DNA of 64,000 nucleotides, from contig OZ024743.1 of assembly GCA_964016885.1 (NCBI GenBank), positions 243,040,001-243,104,000 on the forward strand, read 5' to 3'. Source of the stretch: Eledone cirrhosa (lineage: Eukaryota). Below, piece by piece: positions 53,438 through 64,000 of the stretch (positions are counted from its first letter, which is position 1; each line of letters starts with the position of its first letter). The notes under the pieces were generated by a model. That model was given only the letters and a program-made list of their open reading frames with translations, had not been told where the DNA came from and did no database searches. The position numbers were made by a program, and so were the translations under genes.

Positions 53438-55643
53438 ACCTTTTCAACCCATCCTAGAGTCTGTAATGACCTGTTCAACGTATCCTAGGAACTGTAATGA
53501 CTTGTTCAACCTATCCTAGGGTCTGTAATGTCCTGTTCAACCCATGCTAGGGTCTGCAATGACTTGTTCAACCGATCCTAGGTTCTGTAATGTTCTGTTC
53601 AACCCATCCTAGGGTCCCTAATGACCTGTTCAACCCATCCTAGTGTCTGTAATGACCTATTCAACCCACCCTCGGCTCTGTCATTACCTGTTCAACCCAC
53701 CCTAGGGTCTGTAATGACTTGTTCAACCTATCCTAGGGTCTCTAATGACCTGTTCAATCCATCCTAGGGTCTCTAATGACCTGTTCAACCCACACGAGGG
53801 TCTGTAATGACTTTTTCAACCTATCCTAGGGTCTGTAATGTCCTTTTCAACCCATGCTAGGGTCTGTAATGAACTGTTCAACCTATCCTAGGGTTTGTAA
53901 TGACCTGTTCAACCCACACTAGGGTCTGTAATGACCTGTTCAACCCATCCTAGAGTCTGTAATGAACTGTTCAACCTATCCTAGGGTTTGTAATGACCTG
54001 TTCAACCCACACTAGGGTCTGTAATGACCTGTTCAACTCATCCTAGGATCTGTAATGACCTGTTCAACCTATCCTAGGGTCTGTAATGTCCTGTTCAACC
54101 CATACGAGGGTCTGTAATGACTTGTTCAACCTATCCTAGTGTCTGTATTGACCTGTTCAATCCATCCTAGGGTCTGCACTGACCTATTCAACCCCTCGTA
54201 GGGTCTGTAATGACATGTTTAACCCTTCCTAGGGTCTGTAACGACCGTCTCAACCCACTCTAGGGTCTGTAATGACCGGTTCATCCCATCCTAGGATCTG
54301 TAATGACCTGTTCAACCCATCCTAGAGTCTATAATGACTTGTTCAACCTATACTAGGTTCTGTAATGTCCTGTTCAACCCATACTAGGGTCCCTAATGAC
54401 CTGTTCAACCCACCCTAGGGTCTGTAATGACTTGTTCAACCCTTCCTAGGATGAGTAATTAACTGTTCAACCTATCCTAGTGTTTGTAATGACCTGTTCA
54501 AGCTATCCTAGCGTCTGTAATGACCTGTTCAACCCATCCTAGGGTCTGTAATGACCTGTTCAACCCATCCTAGGGTCTGTAATGACCTGTTCAACCCACA
54601 CAAGGGTCTGTAATGACCTGTTCAACCTATCCTAGGGTCTGTAATGTCCTGTTCAACCCATCCTAGGGTCTGTATTGAGGTGTTCAATCCATCCTAGGGT
54701 CTGTAATGTCCTGTGCAACCCATCCTAGAGTCTGTAATGACCTGTTCCGCCCATGCTAGGGTCTGTAACAATATGTTCAACCCATCCTAGGCTCTGTAAT
54801 GACCTGTTCAACCCATCCGAGGCTCTGTAATGACCTGTTCAATCCATCCAAGTGTCTGTAATGACCTTTTTAACCCATCCTAGGGTCTGTAACTACCTGT
54901 TCAACTCACCCTAGGGTCTGTAATGACCTGCTCAACCCACCCTAGGGTCTGTAGTGACCGGTTCAACCCATCCTAGGGTGTGCAATGGACTGTTCAACCT
55001 ATCCTAGGGTCTGTAATGACCTGTTCAACCCACACTAGGGTCTGTAATGACTTTTTCAACCCATCCTAGGTTCTTCAATGACCTGTTCAAACCACCCTAG
55101 GGTATGTAATGACCTGTTCAACCCACCCTAGGGTCTGTAATTGCCTTTTCAACCCACCCTGGGGTATATAATGACCTGTTCAACCCACCCTAGGGTCTGT
55201 AATTGACTTTTCAACCCCTAGCTAGGGTCTGTAATGACCGGTTCAACCCATTCTAGGCTCTGTAATGACCTGTTCAACCCATGCTAGTGTCTGTAATGAC
55301 TTGTTCAACCTATCCTAGGTTCTGTAATGTTCTGTTCAACCCATCCTAGGGTCCCTAATGAGCTGTTCAACCCATGCTAGGGTCTGTAATGACCTGTTCA
55401 ACCCACCCTAGGGTCTGTCATGACCTGTTCAACCCACCCTAGGGTCTGTAATGACTTGTTCAACCCTTCCTTGGATGAGTAATTAACTGTTCAACCTATC
55501 CTAGTGTCTGTAATTACCTGTCCAACCTATCTTAGGGTCTGTAATATCCTGTTCAACCTCTCTTAGGGTCTGTAATGTCCTGTTCAACCCATCCTAGGAT
55601 CTGTAATGACCTGTTCAACCCACACGAGGGTCTGTAATGACCT

Positions 55644-55983
55644 TATAGGGAAGATACTGGGTTGTATGAACGTAACAAGGAGGCTTTGTTTGTGTGTATA
55701 ATATTTAATTAACAATCATGGATATATATAGAACAGTATAGTTGAACATGTCAAAGAAATAGATGATAGAATGAAACAAAGTTAGTAGTTACCGTTTTGA
55801 TTGCCAGGCAAAGCGAGACGCCTGGTGAAGGCCAGGCGCCGGAAGGGCAAATGAGAGGGAGAGAGCCGAAGGCTATTCGTTTTATAGGGCTCTGCCGGAA
55901 GTTACAGAAAGGGTTCTACTTCCCGTCTAGATGTTGTTAATCTATTGGGGTTGTGAGTCACAACAAGGGAGACAACCGCTACA
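55644..55983 (-). mobile_element. Solo LTR, family B (340 bp); segmental duplicate of the 53099 copy
   Basis: About 7-8 differences from 53099-53437. ACCT at 55640-55643 and 55984-55987. Both sides share the same flanking monomer variants. Confidence 0.88.
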
Positions 55984-58900
55984 ACCTTTTCAACCCATCC
56001 TAGAGTCTGTAATGACCTGTTCAACGTATCCTAGGAACTGTAATGACTTGTTCAACCTATCCTAGGGTCTGTAATGTCCTTTTCAATCCATGCTAGGGTC
56101 TGTAATGAATTGTACAACCTATCCTAGGGTCGGTAATGTCCTGTTCAACCTCTCCTAGGGTCTGTAATGACCTGTTCAACATCTCATAGGGTCTGTAGTG
56201 ACCTGTTCAACCCACACTAGGGTCTGTAATGACCTGTTCAACGTATCCTAGGATCGGTAATGTCCTGTTCAACCTCTCCTAGGGTCTGTAATGACCTGTT
56301 CAACCCACACTAGGGTCTGTAATGACGTGTTCAACGTATCCTAGGATCTGTAATGACTGGTTCAACCTATCCTAGGATCTGTAATGTCCTGTTCAACCCA
56401 TGCTAGGGTCTGTAATGACTTGTTCAACCTATCCTAGGATCTGTAATGTCCTGTTCAATCCATCCTAGGATCTGTAATGACCTGTTCAACCTATCCTAGG
56501 GTCTGTTATGACATGTTCAACGTATCCTAGGAACTGTAATGACTGGTTCAACCTATCCTAGGATCTGTAATGTCCTGTTCAATCCATCCTAGGATCTGTA
56601 ATGACCTGTTCAACCTATCCTAGGGTCTGTTATGACATGTTCAACGTATCCTAGGAACTGTAATGACTTGTTCAACCTATCCTAGGGTCTGTAATGTCCT
56701 TTTCAACACATGCTAGGGTCTGTAATGAACTTTTCAACCTATCCTAGGGTCTGTAATGACCTGTTCAACCCACACTAGGGTCTGTAATGACCTGTTCAAA
56801 GTATCCTAGGATCTGTAATGTCATGTTCAACCTCTCCTAGGGTCTGTAATGACCTGTTCAACCCACACTAGGGTCTGTAATGACCTGTTCAACTTATCCT
56901 AGGATGTGTAATGACTAGTTCAACCTATCCTAGGGACTGTAATGTCCTGCTCAACCCATGCTAGGGTCTGTAATGACTTGTTCAACCTATCCTAGTGTCT
57001 GTATTGACCTGTTCAATACATCCTAGGGTCTGTAATGACCTGTTCAACCCACACGAGGGTCTGTAATGACTTTTTCAACCCATCCTAGAGTCTGTAATGA
57101 CTTGTTCAACCCTTCCTAGGATGAGTAATTAACTGTTCAACCTATCCTAGTGTCTGTAATGACGTGTTCAACCTATCCTAGGGTATCTAATGACTTTTTC
57201 AACCGACACTAGTGTCTGTAATGACTTGTTCAACCTATCCTAGGGTCTGTAATATCCTGTTCAACCTCTCCTAGGGTCTGTAATGTCCTGTTCAACCCAT
57301 CCTAGGATCTGTAATGACCTGTTCAACCCACACTAGGGTCTGTAATGACGTGTTCAACGTATCCTAGGATCTGTAATGACTTGTTCAACCTATCCTAGGA
57401 TCTGTATTGTCCTGTTCAACCCATGCTAGGGTCTGTAATGACTTGTTCAACCTATCCTAGAGTCTGTAATGACCTGTTAGACATATCCTAGGGTCTGTAA
57501 TGACTTGTTCAACCTATCCTAGGATCTGTATTGTCCTGTTCAACCCATGCTAGGGTCTGTAATGACCTGTTCAACCTATCCTAGAGTCTGTAATGACCTG
57601 TTAGACGTATCCTAGGGTCTGTAATGACCTGTTCAACCCACACTAGGGTCTGTAATGACCTGTTCAAAGTATCCTAGGATCTGTAATGTCCTGTTCAACC
57701 TCTCCTAGGGTCTGTAATGACCTGTTCAACCCGCACTAGGGTCTGTAATGACCTGTTCAACTTATCCTAGGATCTGTAATGACATGTTCAACCTATCCTA
57801 GGGTCTGTAATGTCCTGTTCAACCCATGCTAGGGTCTGTAATGACTTGTTCAACCTATCCTAGTGTCTGTATTGACCTGATCAACCCACCCTAGGGTATG
57901 TACTGACCTATTCAACCCCTCGTAGGGTCTGTAATGACCTGTTTAACCCTTCCTAGGGTCTGTAACGACCGGTTCAACCCACTCTAGGGTATGTAATGAC
58001 CTGTTCAACCCATCCAAGGGTATGTAATGACCGGTTCATCCCATCCTAGGATCTGTAATGACCTGTTCAACCCATCCTAGAGTCTATAATGACTTATTCA
58101 ACCTATACTAGGTTCTGTAATGTCCTGTTCAACCCATACTAGGGTCCCTAATGACCTGTTCAACCCACCCTAGTGTCTGTAATGACCTATTCAACCCACC
58201 CTAGGGACAGTCATGACCTGTTCAACCCACCCTAGGGTCTGTAACGACCGGTTCAACCCACTCTAGGGTATGTAATGACCTGTTCAACCCATCCTAGTGT
58301 CTGTAATGACCTATTCAACCCACCCTACGGACGGTCATGACCTGTTCAACCCACCCTAGGGTCTGTAACGACCGGTTCAACCCACTCTAGGGTATGTAAT
58401 GACCTGTTCAACCCATCCTAGTGTCTGTAATGACCTATTCAACCCACCCTAGGGACGGTCATGACCTGTTCAACCCACCCTAGGGTCTGTAATGACTTGT
58501 TCAACCCTTCTTGGGTGAGTAATTAACTGTTCAACCTATCCTAGTGTTTGTAATGACCTGTTCAACCTATCCTAGAGTCTCTAATGACCTGTTCAATCCA
58601 CCCTAGTGACTGTAATGACCTGTTCAATCTATCCTAGGATCTGTAATGACCAGTTCAACCCATCCTTGTGTCTGTTATGATATTTTTAACCCATCGTAGG
58701 GTCTTTAATGACCTGTTCAACCTATCCTCGGGTCTGTAACGACCTGTTCAACCCACCCTAGGGTCTCTAATGACCTGTTCAACACATCCTAGGATCTGTA
58801 ATGACCTGTTCCTCCCATCCTATGGTCTGTAATGACCTGTTCAACACGTCCTAGGGTGTGTAATGAACTGTTCAAGCTATTCTAGGGTCTGTAATGACCT

Positions 58901-61616
58901 GTTCAACCCACCCTAGTGTCTGTAATGACCTTTTCAACCCATCCTTGGGTCTGTAATGACTTGTTCAACCCACCCTAGGGTCTGTAATGAACTGTTCAAC
59001 CCATCATAGGGTCTGTATTGACCTGTTCAATCCATCCTAAGGTCTGTAATGACCTGTTCAACCCATCCTTGTGTCTGAAATGACCAGTTTGACCCCGTCT
59101 AGGTTCTATAACGACCTGTTCACCCCATCATAGGGTCTGTAATGACCTGTTCAACCCACACGAGGGTCTGTAATGACCTGTTCAACCCATCCTAGGGTCT
59201 GTATTGACCTGTTCAATCCATCCTAGTGTCTGTAATTACCTGTTCAACCCATCCTAGGGTCTGTAACGACCTGTTCAACCCATCCCAGGGTTTGTAATGT
59301 CTTGTTCAACCCATGCTAGGGTCTGTAATAACTTGTTCAAGCTATCCTAGTGTCTGTAATGTCTGTTCAACCCATCCTAGGGTCTGTAATGACTTGTTCA
59401 CCCCACCCTAGCGTCTGTATTGACCTGTTCAATCCATCCTAGGGTCTGTACTGACCTATTCAACCCCTCGTAGGGTCTGTAATGACCTGTTTAACCCTTC
59501 CTAGGGTCTGTAACGACCGGTTCAACCCATCCAAGGGTATGTAATGACCGGTTCATCCCATCCTAGGATCTGTAATGACCTGTTCAACCCATCCTAGAGT
59601 CTATAATGATTTGTTCAACCTATACTAGGTTCTGTAATGTCCTGTTCAACCCATACTTGGGTCCCTAATGACCTGTTCAACCCACCCTAGTGTCTGTAAT
59701 GACCTATTCAACCCACCCTAGGGACAGTCATGACCTGTTCAACCCACCCTAGGGTCTGTAATGACTTGTTCAACCCTTCCTAGGATGAGTAATTAACTGT
59801 TCAACCTATCCTAGTGTTTGTAATGACCTGTTCAACCTATCCTAGAGTCTCTAATGACCTGTTCAATCCATCCTAGGGTCTGTAATGACCTGTTCAATCT
59901 ATCCTAGGATCTGTAATGACCAGTTCAACCCACACGAGGGTCTGTAATGACTTTTTCAAGCTATCTTAGGGTCTGTAATGTCCTTTTCAACCCATGCTAG
60001 GGTCTGTAATATCCTGTTCAACCTCTCCTAGGGTCTGTAATGTCCTGTTCAACCCATCCTAGGATCTGTAATGACCTGTTCAACCGACACGAGGGTCTGT
60101 AATGACCTTTTCAACCAATCCTAGAGTCTGTAATGACCTGTTCAACCCACACTAGGGTCTGTAATGACCTTACCAATCCGTCCTCGTATCTGTAATGACC
60201 TTTTCAACCCATCCTAGGGTCTGTAATGACCTTACCAATCCGTCCTCGTATCTGTAATGACCTTTTCAACCCATCCTAGGGTCTGTAATGACCTCTTCAA
60301 CGTATCCTAGGATCTGTAATGACCTGTTCAACCTATCGTAGGATCTGTAATGACCTGTTCAATCTATCCTAGGATCTGTAATGTCCTGTGCCACCCATCC
60401 TAGGGTCTGTAATGACCTTTTCAATACATCCTAGTGTCTGTAACAACCTTTTCAACCCACCCTAGGGTCTGTAATGACCTGTTCCACCCATCCTAGCATT
60501 TGTATTGAACTGTTCAACCTCTCCTAGGGATTGTAATGACCTCTTCAACCCACCCTAGGGTCTATAATGACCTGTTCCACCCATCCTAGGGTCTGTAATG
60601 ACCTGTTCAACCTATCCTAGGGTTTGTATTGACCTGTTTAAGCCCACCTAGGGTCTGTAACAACCTGTTCAAACCACCCTAGGGTCTGTAATGACCTGTT
60701 AAACCTATCCTAGTGTCTGTAATGACCTGTTCAACCCATCCTAGGGTCTGTAATGACCTGTTCAAACCACCCTAGGGTCTGTAATGTCTTGTTTAACCCA
60801 TCCTAGGGTCTGTAATGACCTGTTCAACCTATCCTAGTGTCTGTAATGACCTGTTCAACCCATCCTAGGGTCTGTAACAACCTGTTCAAACCACCCTAGG
60901 GTCTGTAATGTCTTGTTTAACCCATCCTAGGGTCTGTAATGACCTGTTAAACCTATCCTAGTGTCTGTAATGACCTGTTCAACCCATCCTAGGGTCTGTA
61001 ACAACCTGTTCAAACCACCCTAGGGTCTGTAATGTCTTGTTTAACCCATCCTAGGGTCTGTAATGACCTGTTCAACCTATCCTAGTGTCTGTAATGACCT
61101 GTTCAACCTATTCTAGGGTCTGTAATGACCTGTTCAACCCATCCTAGGGTCTGTATTGACCTGTTCAATCCATCCTAGGGTCTGTAAGGCCCTGTTCAAC
61201 CCACTCTAGGGTCTGTAATCACCTGTTCAACGAATCCTGGGGTCTGTAATGACCTCTTCAACCCACCCTAGGGTCTGTAATGACCTGTTCAACCCAAACG
61301 AGGGTCTGTAATGACTTGTTCAACGTATCCTAGGGTCTGTAATGACCTGTTCAACCCATGCTAGGGTCTGTAATGACTTGTTCAACCTATCCTAGTGTCT
61401 GTAATAAACTGTTCAACCTATCCTAGGGTCTGTAATGACCTGTTCAACCCACACTAGGGACTGTAATGACCTGTTCAACCTATCCTAGGGTCTGTAAACC
61501 TGTTCAACCTACCCAAGTGTCTGTAATGACCTGTTCCACCCACCCTAGGGTCTGTAATGACCTGTTCAACCTATCCTAGTAAGGAATTCAGATGTTATAT
61601 GATAATGAGGATGATG

Positions 61617-61750
61617 ACACACATACAAACATATAAACACACATATACACACAAACACACACATAAACACACATATACACACAAACATACATATAAACAC
61701 ACACACACAAATATATACAAAGGCATACCAGCACAAATACATATATATAA
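61617..61750. repeat. Degenerate (CA)n/(AT)n microsatellite
   Basis: ACACACATACAAACATATAAACACACATATACAC... low-complexity tract. Confidence 0.9.
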
Positions 61751-61762
61751 ATGCACACTTAC

Positions 61763-61956
61763 GGCGGTGTGTGGATTGGCAGTATCGGTAGAGGGTCGGA
61801 CGCCATGCTTTCCAGCATAGTTACGTCCCTTTACGATCTGAGTTCAAATCCCGCCGAGGTTGACTTTGCCTTTCATCCTTACGGGGTCGATAAAATAAAG
61901 TACCAGTAATGCACTGGGTAATTTGCTGGCCTTGTGCCAAAAGTAGAAACAATTAT
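61763..61956 (+). mobile_element. tRNA-derived SINE
   Basis: GGCGG (61763) pairs with CCGCC (61851) like an acceptor stem. A-box-like TGGCAGTATCGG at 61777 and B-box GAGTTCAAATCC at 61840. Body TTGACTTTGCCTTTCATCCTTACGGGGTCGATAAAATAAAGTACC resembles a conserved invertebrate SINE central domain. AT-rich tail. Confidence 0.82.
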
Positions 61957-61972
61957 ATATATATACATATAT

Positions 61973-64000
61973 CATCATCATCATCATCATCAACGTTTAA
62001 CGTCCGTGTTCCACGCTTGCATGGGTTTGGACGGGGGTAGTCCCACTTGGGGCAAGAGTGGTTGTCTTGCTCGCATAGGACTGTCTGGCAGGTTTTCTAC
62101 AGTTGGATGCCCTTCCTAACACCAACCACATTTACAGTGTGGGTCTGGGAGGTTTTTACCGTGTTGCCTACACGGCCACATTACAGCGTGGACTGTGTGT
62201 TTTTTTGTCGTGACACCTACACGATCTCATTTGTTTCGGCCTCGATGGCGCGGCACCAACATAACTTTACATAGAACGGGGTGGTGTGGATGGGGTGGGG
62301 GTGGTGGGACGGGGTGTATTTTGTTAGAGATGCCTACTGGCTGGAGTAGGTTTTACTGTATATTTAGGTAAGGCGGGTCTTCTCTGTTACTGAGTACCGC
62401 CAAAGGTCTCGGTCCAGTGACATTGTCTTGGATAGGTGTAAGTGTGTGATGTCGGAGTTTATCAGCTCGTCCCAGGTTTTTCTAGGTCTGCCTATTCCGT
62501 GACTACCGTCTATCTTTATTGCCCTGCACTTTGTTATACAGCTATCGACTTTCATGCGCATCACGTGTCCATACCAACGTAGCCTTCTCTCGAGTAAACA
62601 ACATCTGATCCCTCTTATCTCTAATTTTTTCCTTAGTTCATTTATGCTTTGCCGTTCACGTATATTACTGTTACACATCCAGCAGAGCATGCAAGCTTCG
62701 TTCCTCTCTAGTCTGCGTATATCCTCTGCACACAATGCCCAGGTCTCACTACCATGCAGCATTGCTGTTCGTATGCAGGCATCGTACTACCTGCCTTTCA
62801 TTTTTAGGGAGAACCCTTTAGCAGCTAATAGTGGTATAAGCTCTCTGAACTTTTTCCAACCAGTTCTGACTCTAGCTACAGTACTTTCAGAGCACCCTCC
62901 CCCACTGCTGATTTTATGGCCCAGGTAACGGAAGCTGTCCACTATTTCTATAGAACCCTCTGCGCAATTGAAAGTGCTAGTATTTTGTGGGCACTTGCTG
63001 CTACTTATTGCACCAGAACACCAGCCACATGTAAAATCTATGTTCTTAGTTAGCTTACCTGTGATCCCACTACATCTTTTATGCACCCATACTTTGCATT
63101 TAGGACATAAAATGGAGTTTCTACCTACGCCTTTCCTACACACCGAGCACGACCATTTCCCAGAAGGGACCACCGCCTTGTTTTCTTTCCTACAAACTAG
63201 AACTTTGGTCTTAGCCAGGTTAATTTTAAGTCCTTTTGACTCTAGGCCGTGCTTCCATGTTTGGAATTTCTTCTCTAGCTCGGCCATTGATTCCGTTATG
63301 AGTGTCAGGTCGTCTGCTTATAGGAGTTCCCATGGGCAGCCTGTCTTGAACTCCTCTGTTATAGCCTGAGGGGCAATAATAAATAGTAGGGGGCTGAGAA
63401 CAGAGCCCTGATGGACGCCAACTTTTACGCTAAACTCTTCACTATATTCGTTGTTAATTCTAACCTTGCTGACTGTTTCTTTATACATGGCTTGTATAGC
63501 CCTCACAAGCCATTCGTCAACGCCTAGTTTTCTAAGAGCCCACCAGATAATGGAGCGGGGGACTCTGTCGAAGGCTTTCTCCAAGTCGACAAAAGCTAAG
63601 TAGAGGGGTTTACCTTTAGCTAGGTACTTCTCCTGTAGTTGTCGTACTATGAAAAGAGCGTCTGTGGTACTTTTGCCTGACACAAACCCGAACTGCATTT
63701 CATCTAGGTCAATTCTCTCTCTGATTAGTTGCGCTATTACTTTTTCCGTGACCTTCATGACCTGGTCGATTAATTTAATGCCTCTATAGTTACTCCTATC
63801 TAGGGCGTCTCCTTTACCCTTATAACAGTTAACGATGATGCTGCTATGCCAGTCCTTCGGAACAACCCCATTCTGTACAACTTGGTTAACTATGCGGGTG
63901 ACCATGGTGTGTCCCACCGTGCCAGATGCCTTCAGCATCTCAGCAACTATTTCCGAAGGCCCAGCCGCCTTACCCGTCTTCATATCCTTGATTGCCTTAC
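61973..64000 (-). mobile_element. RTE-clade non-LTR retrotransposon (LINE), 3' portion; continues past the right window edge
   Basis: (CAT)n at 61973-61990 reads as an (ATG)n 3' tail; ~370-bp 3' UTR; RT and C-terminal motifs typical of RTE ORFs (NYRGIKL, QFGF, FVDLEKAFDRVPR, GVHQGSVLSPLLF, FRYLG, GSETW, RLRWYGHVMR, GRPRKTW). Confidence 0.95.
62364..63998 (-). pseudogene. LINE reverse transcriptase ORF with two in-frame nonsense mutations
   Basis: ORFs 63318-63983, 62787-63287 and 62364-62762 share one frame. TAA at 63318-63320 replaces the Y of YADD (WELL*ADDL); TAG at 62787-62789; natural stop at 62364-62366. Confidence 0.93.

Larger units (their letters stand above)
1..61579 (+). repeat. 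31-bp tandem satellite array (~1,850 monomers, single orientation), interrupted by five LTR insertions; extends beyond the left window edge
   Basis: GTAATG recurs at positions 1 and 32 and then at a ~31-bp period. Consensus GTAATGACCTGTTCAACCCATCCTAGGGTCT, typically 0-4 substitutions per monomer, rare 1-3 bp indels. Last monomer ends ...CTATCCTAG at ~61579. Monomer count is satellite length divided by 31. Confidence 0.99.

Noticed and set aside
55644-55983. Fifth independent site-specific insertion
   Set aside because: Same orientation, same flanking variants and ~98% identity to 53099-53437 indicate segmental duplication, so it was not counted in the targeting statistic.
1-61579. CRISPR array (repeat length ~31 bp)
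   Set aside because: Monomers are head-to-tail with no unique spacers, there are no cas genes, and the context is eukaryotic retroelements.
61763-61855. Functional tRNA gene
   Set aside because: No clean cloverleaf or anticodon arm, and it continues directly into a SINE body and tail.
61557-62274. ORFs 61557-61820, 61934-62119 (poly-His) and 62047-62274
   Set aside because: Translations of microsatellite, SINE, the (CAT)n LINE tail and antisense 3' UTR.
62554-63369. Plus-strand ORFs 62554-62928 and 62968-63369
   Set aside because: Antisense shadows of the RT coding frame.

Overview
Eukaryotic, not prokaryotic, DNA. The SINE and RTE LINE at the right end resemble repeats I associate with octopus/mollusc genomes, which is an inference from recall and not a search result. 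About 61.6 kb is a single-orientation tandem satellite with a 31-bp monomer (consensus GTAATGACCTGTTCAACCCATCCTAGGGTCT). The left 30 kb is organised into near-identical multi-kb duplicated blocks; the array becomes more diverged rightwards and ends at ~61579. Five LTR-type insertions interrupt it: a 2.7-kb non-autonomous two-LTR element (family A), a family A solo LTR, and three family B solo LTRs, two of which are copies of one event. The main finding is that all four independent insertions, from two LTR families and in both orientations, duplicate the same 4 bases of the monomer (ACCT/AACT), which points to register-specific integration into the satellite. Family A also has tandem tRNA-Trp-like primer-binding sites that coincide with two alternative LTR ends. 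After the array come a CA/AT microsatellite, a tRNA-derived SINE and a decayed RTE-clade LINE whose reverse transcriptase carries an inserted C4-H-C3 (PHD-like) finger. No intact host gene is visible.
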